Assembly: GCA_964532005.1 (NCBI GenBank)
Contig: CAZHER010000003.1
Coordinates: forward strand, 21,399 to 85,398
Direction: 5' to 3'
Length of the DNA: 64,000 nucleotides
Origin: an uncultured Candidatus Saccharibacteria bacterium
Lineage (GTDB): Bacteria; Patescibacteriota; Doudnabacteria; UBA920
The notes beneath the pieces were generated by a model. The model was given only the letters and a program-made list of their open reading frames with translations, ran no database searches and was not told where the DNA came from. Positions within the stretch are counted from its first letter, which is position 1. Each line of letters starts with the position of its first letter. A program made the translations under genes and the position numbers. Positions 46,741 to 57,472 of this stretch are shown here, in pieces.

Positions 46741-46864
46741 CCAAAAGGTACTAAATTTCAATAACCAACGAATTGTACCATTATTTACTGGGTTTTGCAA
46801 CCCTTTTTTATCAAAACTGCTTAATTATAAGGCTTTTAGATTTAGGACTAAAACCTGGCAAAAA

Positions 46865-46897
46865 CAAATAGCCACCCTGTTTTGGGGTGGCTATTTG
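46865..46897 (-). terminator. Terminator after the histone-like gene
   Basis: CAAATAGCCACCC...GGGTGGCTATTTG. Confidence 0.85.
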
Positions 46898-46917
46898 GCT
46901 CCTTGCGGAGTTTTAGT

Positions 46918-47130
46918 TTAGCGCTTTTTCTTAGCAGCGGTCTTGCGACGTGCTGGGCGCTTCTTAGCAGCTGGCTTTTTTGCAGCAGTGCGCTTCTTAG
47001 CAGCTGGCTTGCGAGCAGCGGTCTTTCGCTTTGCAGGCTTGCGAGCAGGCTTCTTAGCAGCAGTGCGCTTCTTAGCAGCTGGCTTTTTTGCAGCAGGCTT
47101 TCGCTTTGCTACTTTTCTTTTTGTTGCCAT
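46918..47130 (-). CDS. Histone H1-like (HctB/AlgP-tail-like) Lys/Ala/Arg-rich nucleoid protein
   Basis: 70 aa of KKPAA/KKRTAA repeats; SD GGGAG; own terminator. Confidence 0.85.
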   Translation of the reverse strand: MATKRKVAKRKPAAKKPAAKKRTAAKKPARKPAKRKTAARKPAAKKRTAAKKPAAKKRPARRKTAAKKKR

Positions 47131-47285
47131 TGTGGCTAGTCTCCCTGTCCGCTCAATTTTTAAATTTTTGCGAGCGGACTTAATTTTCTACTACTTGAAA
47201 CTATTTTTGTTTCAAGGCCAGTAGCGATGAAAAATGTTTTCTGTTTTTCTGAATTTGTTTTCGTTTCTATCGAAAGGTGCAATAC

Positions 47286-47996
47286 TTATACATCGTCATT
47301 ATAAGAATTACACAAACTTTCGTCAAGTACTTCGCTGTTGATAATTATTTTAAACTTTTTTTGTTGATCGAAAGAAAGTTTTTGCATTTCTGTCTGCAAA
47401 AGTTTGTCTGATAAATTTTGTAGCAATGAAAAGTTTTGATTAATAGCTGCGGCGCTCGCATATTCAATTTTAAATTCCAACTGTATGGCAAAACGTATCG
47501 CCCTTGCAATACGGAGAGGGTCCTCGTGTATCTTTTTTTCTGGGTTTCCTATAAACCTCAGTAACCCTTTTCCTAGATCCGCCATTCCATCGTGGAAATC
47601 TAATATTTCCCCTTCCCTGCTCATATATAAGCTGTTTATGGTAAAATCTCTACGCAAACTGTCAGCCTCCACAGAGTTAATAAATGCGACTTTTGGGTAT
47701 CTTGAATCAGTGTAGGATTCTACTCTGAATGTGGCAATTTCGATATGTGGATTCACTGTTATTATGCCAAAATTTTTGTTTTTGTCGCTAAATTCGAAAC
47801 TGTTTTTTATTAATTCACAGATTTGTTCGGGCAAAGCCTCAGTGGCAAGATCGACATCTGTTATTTTTCTTTCCAATAAAATGTCACGTACAAAACCGCC
47901 GACAAAATATGTTTGCGGAAATTTTTCAGCAATAATATTTTGGATTTCAATTGCAACATTTTCCGTGTCGGTTGTGGGTTGGTAATTTATTTTCAT
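47286..47996 (-). CDS. Compact class II tRNA nucleotidyltransferase (CCA-adding family)
   Basis: VGGFVRD, DVD, RRDFTIN and EDPLR..R..RF motifs; only 236 aa. Confidence 0.9.
   Translation of the reverse strand: MKINYQPTTDTENVAIEIQNIIAEKFPQTYFVGGFVRDILLERKITDVDLATEALPEQICELIKNSFEFSDKNKNFGIITVNPHIEIATFRVESYTDSRYPKVAFINSVEADSLRRDFTINSLYMSREGEILDFHDGMADLGKGLLRFIGNPEKKIHEDPLRIARAIRFAIQLEFKIEYASAAAINQNFSLLQNLSDKLLQTEMQKLSFDQQKKFKIIINSEVLDESLCNSYNDDV
47298..47326 (-). promoter_or_regulatory. Promoter for the histone-like gene, inside the 3' end of the nucleotidyltransferase gene
   Basis: TTGACG-17 nt-TATAAT. Confidence 0.7.
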
Positions 47997-48036
47997 TTAC
48001 AAATTAAAAGCCCGCAGAGCGTGCAGGCTTAAAAGT

Positions 48037-48501
48037 CTATTCGTTGTTTAAATTTTCGTTCATGTGTTGTGCTTGTGCACTTCGGCGATGGCGATATTTT
48101 CTCACCAGACTGAGCTTACTTAAACTTTTTTCCAGCGAAGCAGCTGCCAAAGCATATTCTTCCTGAGAAATGTTGGATTGTTTTAGCGCTTCTTCCGCTC
48201 GTTGTCGTGCTTCTTCTGCTTCGGCTTCGTCAATTTCATGATGGTGTTCAGCTGCGTCAGCCAATACAACCACTTTGCTTCCTTCCTTAACCTCTACAAA
48301 TCCCCCCGCAACATGAATATTGTGTTCTTGGCCATTTTTGGGCCGGGCAATAAGTTCTCCAGTAGCCAAAGTGGCTACTAGAGGCAAATGATTCGGAAGA
48401 ATGGTAATTTCACCCATTTTTGTGGGACAAGTGATGCTTTCCAGTTCCTCATCAAGCATTTTGCGTTGAGGAGTGACTAATTGTAGATGGATTGAGGTCA
48501 T
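48037..48501 (-). CDS. atpC: ATP synthase F1 epsilon subunit
   Basis: LVTP, GE..ILPNH.P and GGF.EV motifs. Confidence 0.96.
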   Translation of the reverse strand: MTSIHLQLVTPQRKMLDEELESITCPTKMGEITILPNHLPLVATLATGELIARPKNGQEHNIHVAGGFVEVKEGSKVVVLADAAEHHHEIDEAEAEEARQRAEEALKQSNISQEEYALAAASLEKSLSKLSLVRKYRHRRSAQAQHMNENLNNE

Positions 48502-48517
48502 GTACAGCTTGTTTGAG

Positions 48518-49918
<1,401 letters not shown>

Positions 49919-49964
49919 TTAATTAATTGGTTTAATTGTTATTAATATTGTTTGTACTGTCATA

Positions 49965-50840
49965 TTATTTTTCCAAGGCAATTTTACCCGCAGTAATTTC
50001 TGATAATTCGGTTGTGATCTTGGTTTGCCTCAATTGGTTAAAGGTAAGCGTTAGGTCATCTATGAGTTCTCCCGCACTTTCAGTAGCATTTTTCATCATC
50101 ACCATGCGCGCAGAGTGCTCGGATGCATCGCTTTCCAATATTGCTTGATACACCTGACTTTCTAGTATTCTCGGGAGCAAATGCTCGGCGACTTCTTTCG
50201 GTGATGGTTCAAACAACGCCTCGGTCATTGCTGTGTTTTTTGTTTCCGGAGTTTCTTTTGGCTGCTCAGTTGAGAACGGAAGCAATGTTTTTATTGTCGG
50301 TACCTGTGAGAGTGTTGAAGCAAAATGGTTGTAGACTATAAGAATTTTTCTATATTTTCCGGATTTGTATGACTGTGTCAGCAGCTTAATTAAAGGGTAG
50401 ATCCGTTCAACTGGGATTGTTGTATCTAGTTTTTCAAATTCAGCAAGTATACTTTTTTTAAGTCTCAAGGAGTTGTCTCTCCCCTTTTTTCCTAGCACAA
50501 CAAATTCGGTGAGCAATTCTGGTTCAGCCTCCTCGTATTCTTTAATTTTTTTAAACAGGTTGTTGTTAAATCCACCAACTTGTCCGCGATTTGATGAAAT
50601 TATTACTATTCCCACTTTTTTTGCTTCGGGGAAAGTTTGAATTAGAGGAGAAGACGCAGCTGCATCTGTTCCAAGCGAACTGATTAGTTCCCAGGCTAGT
50701 TTCGCATAAGTCCTGCTAGCCAATGTGGCCATTTGGCTTTTACGCATTTTGGCAGCAGAAATCAACTGCATCGCGCGGGTGATTTTGCGCGTGCTTTTGA
50801 TCGATTTTATACGTCTTGTTAATTCTCTGGTTCCAGGCAT
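49965..50840 (-). CDS. atpG: ATP synthase F1 gamma subunit
   Basis: KITRAM, SEHSARM..M..AT and RQ..IT.EL.EI motifs. Confidence 0.98.
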   Translation of the reverse strand: MPGTRELTRRIKSIKSTRKITRAMQLISAAKMRKSQMATLASRTYAKLAWELISSLGTDAAASSPLIQTFPEAKKVGIVIISSNRGQVGGFNNNLFKKIKEYEEAEPELLTEFVVLGKKGRDNSLRLKKSILAEFEKLDTTIPVERIYPLIKLLTQSYKSGKYRKILIVYNHFASTLSQVPTIKTLLPFSTEQPKETPETKNTAMTEALFEPSPKEVAEHLLPRILESQVYQAILESDASEHSARMVMMKNATESAGELIDDLTLTFNQLRQTKITTELSEITAGKIALEK

Positions 50841-50856
50841 GTGTTATATCTACTCC

Positions 50857-52362
50857 TTAGGCTTGAAAACCTTTTTTGAAGTCTTCTAAAAGTTTTTTTA
50901 ATGTTGTTTCAGAGTCTTCGCTAAGCTCTTTTTGTCCCGCAATAGCTGACATTAATTCTTTGCCACTAGTTTCCAAATATGCATACAGTTTTTCTTGAAA
51001 ATCTTTGACCTTTTCAACGGCAACATCATCTAAGTAGCCGTTATTAACGGCATAAAGTATTACAACCTGTTTCTCCAGAGATAGCGGGCTGTACTGAGGC
51101 TGTTTTAAAACTTCTACCAAGCGATTTCCTAAGTCCAGCTGCTTTTTAGTGGCTTCGTCTAAGTCAGAACCGAATTGGGAGAAAGCTTCTAATTCACGGA
51201 ATTGCGCTAAAGAAATTTTTAACTTTCCTGCCACTTTTTTCATAGCCTTGGTTTGTGCAGCAGAACCCACGCGAGACACAGAGGTTCCCACGTTTACCGC
51301 TGGTCTAATACCTTTATAAAACAGGTCACTTTCTAAGAAAATTTGTCCGTCAGTAATAGAAATTACATTTGTTGGTATATAAGCTGAAATATCGCCTGCC
51401 TGAGTTTCAATTATAGGCAAAGCGGTAATACTGCCGCCGCCAAAATCTTTATTTAGTTTAGCTGCCCGTTCCAATAAACGGGAGTGGAGATAGAAGACAT
51501 CTCCAGGATAGGCTTCGCGTCCAGGAGGGCGGCGGAGGAGCAAAGAAATTTCCCGGTAAGCAACAGCTTGCTTTGATAAGTCATCATAAATAATCAATAC
51601 ATCCTTTCCTTGGTCCATGAAGTATTCAGCCATTGCACATCCAGCATATGGAGCGATATAAGAAAGTGCGGCTGGTTCAGAGGCGCCTGCAGAAACAACA
51701 ACTGTATATTCCATGGCCCCTCGTTCTTCCAAAATAGCAACAGTTTTCGCAACCTTGCTTTCTTTTTGTCCAACAGCAACATATACACAAATAATATCTT
51801 GTCCTGCTTGGTTCAAAATTGTATCGATAGCAACAGCTGTTTTTCCCGTTTGACGATCTCCAATAATAAGTTCGCGCTGTCCTCGTCCTATTGGGATAAG
51901 AGCGTCAATTGCCATAATGCCAGTTTGCATGGGTTGCTTAACTGACTCACGAGTGATAACGCCTGGGGCAACTTTTTCAACAGGATAGTAGTCCGATTGA
52001 GCAATGGCTTCTTTTCCGTCCTTCGGGCTACCAAGAGGCCCAACCACGCGACCAATGAGCGCATTGCCTACTGGAACTGACAAGGTTCTGCCAGTTGCTC
52101 TTACCGTGTCTCCTTGTTTTACTTTTGAGTAATCTCCTAAAATAACAGCGCCAACAGTTGCCTCTTCTAAGTTTAAGGCCACACCAAAAATATCATTACC
52201 AAAGTCAATCATTTCCATGCTGGCGATTTGAGAGAGCCCCGCTACTCTAGCTATACCGTCTCCTACCTCGGTCACGGTGCCGACTTTTTCTACAGCGGCA
52301 TCAGGCTGAAATCCGGCAATCTGCTCTTTGAGCTGTGCGATTATGGCATCTGTTTTTATCAT
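50857..52362 (-). CDS. atpA: ATP synthase F1 alpha subunit
   Basis: GDRQTGKT and [21 protein letters not shown] motifs. Confidence 0.99.
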   Translation of the reverse strand: MIKTDAIIAQLKEQIAGFQPDAAVEKVGTVTEVGDGIARVAGLSQIASMEMIDFGNDIFGVALNLEEATVGAVILGDYSKVKQGDTVRATGRTLSVPVGNALIGRVVGPLGSPKDGKEAIAQSDYYPVEKVAPGVITRESVKQPMQTGIMAIDALIPIGRGQRELIIGDRQTGKTAVAIDTILNQAGQDIICVYVAVGQKESKVAKTVAILEERGAMEYTVVVSAGASEPAALSYIAPYAGCAMAEYFMDQGKDVLIIYDDLSKQAVAYREISLLLRRPPGREAYPGDVFYLHSRLLERAAKLNKDFGGGSITALPIIETQAGDISAYIPTNVISITDGQIFLESDLFYKGIRPAVNVGTSVSRVGSAAQTKAMKKVAGKLKISLAQFRELEAFSQFGSDLDEATKKQLDLGNRLVEVLKQPQYSPLSLEKQVVILYAVNNGYLDDVAVEKVKDFQEKLYAYLETSGKELMSAIAGQKELSEDSETTLKKLLEDFKKGFQA

Positions 52363-52389
52363 ATATGTATTGCTAATGTTAAATTAAAA

Positions 52390-52782
52390 TTATTTAGTAA
52401 GTCTATTTTTCAGCTTATTGAGCTGCCCTTTTATACTTGCGTCAATGAGAGTGTCCTCAATTTTTACTACGACGCCCCCTATCAGAGATTCGTCAACTTT
52501 TTGCTTTAATTCAATATTGCTTTCTAGTATGTCGTTTAATTCCTTGACTAAAGTGCTATTTAGCTTGACCGTAGAAGCGGTGGTTATCTCGACCTCTTTT
52601 ATCCCTTTTTGGTCGCGGTCATAATTTTCGTATTCTTGAATAATCGTTTCGTAATAATGCAAGTCGCCATTTTGATTCAAGATCCTAATAAAATTATTAA
52701 TGACTTTGTCCGCATCGCTGGGCTTTGTTTCAGCCAGGGTTTGGTACAGCGCCTCACTATATTGTTTAACTGAAAATTTCAT
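52390..52782 (-). CDS. atpH: ATP synthase delta subunit (short form)
   Basis: Y..ALY, VD.SLIGG...IDAS motifs; operon position. Confidence 0.93.
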   Translation of the reverse strand: MKFSVKQYSEALYQTLAETKPSDADKVINNFIRILNQNGDLHYYETIIQEYENYDRDQKGIKEVEITTASTVKLNSTLVKELNDILESNIELKQKVDESLIGGVVVKIEDTLIDASIKGQLNKLKNRLTK

Positions 52783-52784
52783 AA

Positions 52785-53384
52785 CTATTTTTTTAGGGAT
52801 TCTATGGCTTCTTTGATAGTGGCTTGGTCTGATGACGTGTCTATTTTTTTCTTTATCAATGTTTCTGTTGCCTTTACAACCATATCAGCAATTTCTGTTT
52901 TTATTTGTTGTATTGCTTTATTTTTCTCCTCCTCCAGTTGGATTTTCCCCTTTTCCAGAATTTTCACAGCCTCAGCCTTAGCCGTATCTGTTATTTGGGT
53001 TCTAACTTGTTCTGCGTCGCCTTTGGCTTGGGTAATAATCCCAGCTGCTTCTTGTCTGACTTCAGACATTTCTTTATTTTTCCAACTATCAAAAGTTTCC
53101 CTTTCGGCAGCTATTTTTTGGGCTTCCGCTAGGGAGTTTTCTATTTTCGATGTACGGTCAGACAGTGCTTTAGCTACAGGGCGGAAAACAAAGCGCCATA
53201 ATACAAATAAAATAATGGAAAAGTTGATTAATTGAGCAATGAACAGCTTTAGGTTTAAGCCAAAAAGTCCAACTATTCCTGTTTCTTGGGTGGCTGCATG
53301 GGCTTCTGTTGCAACTTCTGCTACTTCGGCAGCGTGCGTTGCAGCTTCAGTTGCAGCACTTGCGATATGTATAAATAAATCCAT
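52785..53384 (-). CDS. atpF: ATP synthase Fo b subunit
   Basis: QLINF TM helix, P...L..R...I, coiled coil. Confidence 0.95.
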   Translation of the reverse strand: MDLFIHIASAATEAATHAAEVAEVATEAHAATQETGIVGLFGLNLKLFIAQLINFSIILFVLWRFVFRPVAKALSDRTSKIENSLAEAQKIAAERETFDSWKNKEMSEVRQEAAGIITQAKGDAEQVRTQITDTAKAEAVKILEKGKIQLEEEKNKAIQQIKTEIADMVVKATETLIKKKIDTSSDQATIKEAIESLKK

Positions 53385-53398
53385 ATAAGTCTATATTA

Positions 53399-53496
53399 TT
53401 ATCAAATTACAATATTCAATTTTCAATTAGCGGTTTGGCAAGAGTTTACACTCTCGTCTGATTTGCGAATTGAAAATTGTGTATTGAACTTGATAA
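53399..53496. repeat. Long imperfect palindrome between atpE and atpF
   Basis: CAATTTTCAATT (53417-53428) pairs exactly with AATTGAAAATTG (53468-53479); outer TTATCAA/TTGATAA and CAATA/TATTG also pair. Confidence 0.8.
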
Positions 53497-53497
53497 A

Positions 53498-53734
<237 letters not shown>

Positions 53735-53833
53735 TTATTGGGTGAACTTTACTTATTGTTGCAGGTTTTCAGCTTAGAATAGTGCTGAAAGACCGAGACC
53801 TTTTATGTCAGGCCCCAGTCTTTCTTCGCTATT

Positions 53834-54697
53834 TTAGGCATGCTTTTCCTCACGCGCTTCGCTATTTTCATGGCCATGCACTTCAGACGTGGCTATTGTT
53901 AAGTATACCAAGGCAAGCATTGAAAATACCACAGCCTGGATTAATCCTACAATAATTTCAAGTCCCAAAAATGGCAAAGGCAACAGGAAAGCTAGAATAG
54001 AAGCAATAACTGTTAACAGAACCTCCCCGGCAAAAATATTTCCGAACAAACGCAAAGATAGTGAAACCATTTTAGCAACTTCGGAAATTATTTCTAAAAG
54101 TCCAACCATAAATTCAATAATAGCAACAAGGATTTTCATTGGGTTAAAACTTGCCAATGCATGCCAGAGATCCCCCAGCTTTATAAACTTGTTGGCGTAT
54201 TTAAAGAAACCTATTGCCACTATTCCGGCGACATGAGATGTTGCTACCACTAAAATGGCCATTGCCAGCGTCATGTTTAGGTCGGTGTTAGCGGGTCTAA
54301 AAAATGGAACCAAAACTGTTTCCCCATGGTGAACCTGATACGTTCCAATAGAACCAATACCAGGAAATAGCCCCGCCCAATTTGAGACTAGTATAAAGAA
54401 AAATAATGTACCTATTAGTGGAAGAAATTTTTCTGATTTTTTTCGGTCACCAGTTACTTGGTCTAGGTATTTGTACAAAAATTCCAACAATGCCTCGAAA
54501 AAATTCAAAAGTCCTTTGGGAGCCGATTTAGTAGAAAAATCTGCTCCATAATATTTTCTTATTCCTAAATTCAAAGCTATTGCAAAAATCACAAAACCCA
54601 CCACAGTTAGGGTGGAGTTAATATAAGTATTTGTAACCGGAAAGTTCGCTATTGTAAAAATCGGCTCTGCAGCCAAGGTTGGCAATGCTACTAACAT
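53834..54697 (-). CDS. atpB: ATP synthase Fo a subunit
   Basis: SLSLRLFGNIFAGE and IQA.VF..L motifs. Confidence 0.97.
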   Translation of the reverse strand: MLVALPTLAAEPIFTIANFPVTNTYINSTLTVVGFVIFAIALNLGIRKYYGADFSTKSAPKGLLNFFEALLEFLYKYLDQVTGDRKKSEKFLPLIGTLFFFILVSNWAGLFPGIGSIGTYQVHHGETVLVPFFRPANTDLNMTLAMAILVVATSHVAGIVAIGFFKYANKFIKLGDLWHALASFNPMKILVAIIEFMVGLLEIISEVAKMVSLSLRLFGNIFAGEVLLTVIASILAFLLPLPFLGLEIIVGLIQAVVFSMLALVYLTIATSEVHGHENSEAREEKHA

Positions 54698-54966
54698 TAT
54701 TTTTGCATTTCCTTGATTATTTCTTTTATTTTTTTAATAAATAGCAGCGTTGTTGTAACCAGGGCCAGCACAATACCTACATACAAAAACATTTTGTTAT
54801 TGGTTTGGTATCTGTGGTCAAGGTACTTTCCTAAGTAGCTAAACCCAATTAGTGGGAGAGCTGTGATAAATCCGAATTCTAGCGCAAAACCAAATGTCTT
54901 CATATATAAAGAGTTCCGGGTTTGCTTAGTTTCTGTTTGATTTTTTCCTTCAGGAATATTGGCCAT
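54697..54966 (-). CDS. AtpZ/AtpI family protein
   Basis: Two TM helices, G..LD motif, first gene of the atp operon. Confidence 0.85.
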   Translation of the reverse strand: MANIPEGKNQTETKQTRNSLYMKTFGFALEFGFITALPLIGFSYLGKYLDHRYQTNNKMFLYVGIVLALVTTTLLFIKKIKEIIKEMQK

Positions 54967-55071
54967 TTATTTAAAATAACGGTAAGAGCTTAACAAAAAT
55001 TGGCCATTTTGGCAAGACTGGCCAAAATTAAGGCTATTGACTTTATATAACAATTGAGTTTACAGCGCACA

Positions 55072-55653
55072 TTATTTAACTGTATTTTTCTTAAAAAGCG
55101 CTTGTTTAAGCGATTTTGCGTATTTTTTGTCAGCTCTTACTTTTAATAATTCATGATATATATCACCTTCATGGAACTGCGGGCTTTCAGAAAGCTTTAG
55201 TAAACCGTCAAAGCTTTTTAGCATAACCTTTATTATTTCACCGTTATCAGTTGCTTGTTTTGTTACTTTTTTGCAGTTGGAAGCTATAAATATATATCTT
55301 GTGTGCCACAATCGGCCAGGCTTCTTGAGTACTCTCCATAATTTTATACTTTTTGGTTTATAGCCGGTTTCCTCTAAAAGTTCTCGCAAAGCAGTTGTTT
55401 TTGGTAATTCTTCTGGTATGTCCATGGCACCGCCTGGTACCCCGTAATACCACGGTGTACCTGGTTGTTTTTGTTTTAATACAATTATTTTTTCGCCAAC
55501 GCTGGCAAAAACAGAAACTCCGCCAATTTGCAAGGCACGCTCAAAAATTTTAATAGAACCGTCAAACATTTTTTGAGGCCACTGATAAACCGAGAAGTTT
55601 TGCCCTTTAAACACTCTTTTGGCATTTTTAGGAAACGGGTGATCTTCTTTCAT
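55072..55653 (-). CDS. NUDIX hydrolase (ADP-ribose pyrophosphatase-like)
   Basis: Nudix box PGG.....E....ALRELLEETGY. Confidence 0.92.
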   Translation of the reverse strand: MKEDHPFPKNAKRVFKGQNFSVYQWPQKMFDGSIKIFERALQIGGVSVFASVGEKIIVLKQKQPGTPWYYGVPGGAMDIPEELPKTTALRELLEETGYKPKSIKLWRVLKKPGRLWHTRYIFIASNCKKVTKQATDNGEIIKVMLKSFDGLLKLSESPQFHEGDIYHELLKVRADKKYAKSLKQALFKKNTVK

Positions 55654-55669
55654 ATCTTATTAGTAGTAA

Positions 55670-55745
55670 TGGAGCCGGCTGCCGGACTTGAACCGGCCAC
55701 CTACGGTTTACGATACCGCTGCTCTACCAGATGAGCTAAGCCGGC
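55670..55745 (-). tRNA. tRNA-Thr(CGT)
   Basis: GCCGGCT...ATCGTAA loop...TTCAAG...TCCA. Confidence 0.95.
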
Positions 55746-55752
55746 AAGTTGG

Positions 55753-56070
55753 TTATTCTGTTACTGAAATTTCGATTTTCTTAATATCTCCAATGGGATA
55801 AGCAAGTTCAGCTGTAATTTGGTCATCGATCTGCTTAGTACTCTTAAATGATGCATTGCGCGATATAGATCTAAATGCCCCCAGTAATTCTGAATTTTTG
55901 TTTCGCCCTGCGGCTAAACGCGCCGTTATGGTCAGAGTTTGGTTCTCTGTTTGTTGCTTAAGCTCCTCATAGCGGATTAAACTGGATAAATAGTCAATTA
56001 TAGGGTTGAGTTTTTTTTCAATTTCTTTTTCCACCGGATTTTCAAAATCTAAAGGGATTTGCTCCGACAT
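55753..56070 (-). CDS. Orphan hypothetical protein
   Basis: 105-aa ORF coupled to the HD genes. Confidence 0.65.
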   Translation of the reverse strand: MSEQIPLDFENPVEKEIEKKLNPIIDYLSSLIRYEELKQQTENQTLTITARLAAGRNKNSELLGAFRSISRNASFKSTKQIDDQITAELAYPIGDIKKIEISVTE

Positions 56071-56072
56071 AT

Positions 56073-56678
56073 CTATAGGTTATTATTAGTTTTAAACTGC
56101 TTCCAGTCCCCTGCGTTGAAGCGGTTCCTACTATTGAGATGCCATGCATGAGGATCGGATTTTTGAATTTGATCCCATAGTTCTCTTGCGGATTTTGTGA
56201 ATAGCATTTTTGAAACCAATTCCCGATGTTCTTTAAAAATTTCTCCCAGCGGATTTCCTGCGGCCATGGCCTCCGCAAGCTCTAAGTCTATGTCCAGTGT
56301 GTCGGCATCTTTTACAATTTTGGCTTCCTTGGTTTCCCTTTTTTCGTATTCATGCCATATTTCAAAAAATTCAGCTTCAAGCACGGTTCCTCCAAACACA
56401 TCTGTAAAGGCTTGCTCATTGTTCTCATTAACGTACTGTCTGCTTAGATAGTTCGTGTCACCTGTCCGGCTCTCGGGAACGTCATGTACAAGAGCCATTT
56501 TAATAACCTTTTCAGTAGCATTCACCCCCTCCTTTTTTGCTAAAACAAGTGCAGTCCATATTACTCTGAATGTATGGTCGGTGTTTGATGCGGCATCAGG
56601 ATATAAAAACTGCGACCAGCTTCTTTGCTGGCGTCTGAGACAGCCTATTTCATATAAAAATTCTAAATCACGAGACAT
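56073..56678 (-). CDS. HD-domain phosphohydrolase (YfbR/HDDC2-like)
   Basis: R..W, DHTFRV, VHD.PE.RTGD and DAD.LD motifs; likely start ATG 56678. Confidence 0.9.
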   Translation of the reverse strand: MSRDLEFLYEIGCLRRQQRSWSQFLYPDAASNTDHTFRVIWTALVLAKKEGVNATEKVIKMALVHDVPESRTGDTNYLSRQYVNENNEQAFTDVFGGTVLEAEFFEIWHEYEKRETKEAKIVKDADTLDIDLELAEAMAAGNPLGEIFKEHRELVSKMLFTKSARELWDQIQKSDPHAWHLNSRNRFNAGDWKQFKTNNNL

Positions 56679-56698
56679 TTTGAGATGATAGAAATAAA

Positions 56699-57331
56699 TT
56701 ATGCTTGGCCACGTTCTTCGTATAATATTTGAGGGATATCTTTTGTTCCTATTTCTTTTGCCCAAATAGTGACAAATTCACTTAGGACTTGTTTGGCAAT
56801 CATGTCTTTAATTCTTGAAATCATGTCTTGCAGCTTGGTTTCTACCAATTCAAGGTCAAATTGGGAAAAAGCTTTAACAAAAAATTTGTAATGCGTTACT
56901 TCAATATAATCTGCTATTTTTGCAATTATGCATTCATCGGACTGAGCATTCATAATCTCATTACTTAAATTTTGGAAATAAGATTTTTCGTTATCAAAAA
57001 ATTCAGATAAGTATTTCTGGTTTTCCGTTTCAAAAGCTTTAGCGTGTTCTCTTGCTTTTGGATTTACTCGTGCATAAGGCATGGCAATGTCGCCGCCAAA
57101 CAATTCACCCAGATCGTGAATTAAGCAAAATTCCAAAACTTTTTCAACATTTACAGCAGCGCCCCGGGCTTTTAAATTTCGTGCCAGCTGCCAGCCTATG
57201 AAAGTCACTAAATAATGGTGTTCCGCCAGGTTGCTTAAATCGTCCTGTTGAATACCTGCTAGGGCGTATCCATATTGCGGTTGTGAGCGGGTTAATTCAA
57301 TAATTTTGAATAAGTTTGTTAGATGTTGCAT
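56699..57331 (-). CDS. HD-domain phosphohydrolase (YfbR-like 5'-deoxynucleotidase)
   Basis: LAEH, IHDLGE..GGDI..P and AD.IE motifs. Confidence 0.9.
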   Translation of the reverse strand: MQHLTNLFKIIELTRSQPQYGYALAGIQQDDLSNLAEHHYLVTFIGWQLARNLKARGAAVNVEKVLEFCLIHDLGELFGGDIAMPYARVNPKAREHAKAFETENQKYLSEFFDNEKSYFQNLSNEIMNAQSDECIIAKIADYIEVTHYKFFVKAFSQFDLELVETKLQDMISRIKDMIAKQVLSEFVTIWAKEIGTKDIPQILYEERGQA

Positions 57332-57357
57332 AAATAAAATTTTTACTAACCATACTT

Positions 57358-57431
57358 TGGAGCGGGTAACGGGAATCGGACCCGTGCTTAAACCTTGGGA
57401 AGGTCTCGTACTACCACTATACTATACCCGC
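57358..57431 (-). tRNA. tRNA-Gly(CCC)
   Basis: GCGGGTA...TTCCCAA...TCCA; T-loop reads TCCGATT. Confidence 0.93.
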
Positions 57432-57472
57432 AGAAGACGCCTTGCTTTTAAACAAAGGCATCTTAAATTGTA

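Noticed and set aside
46882-47224. Plus-strand ORFs over the histone-like gene
   Set aside because: Antisense shadows of the low-complexity repeats; promoter, SD and terminator support the minus strand.
55746-57357. tRNA-integrated genomic island
   Set aside because: No duplicated tRNA 3' end and no integrase seen; composition resembles the flanks.
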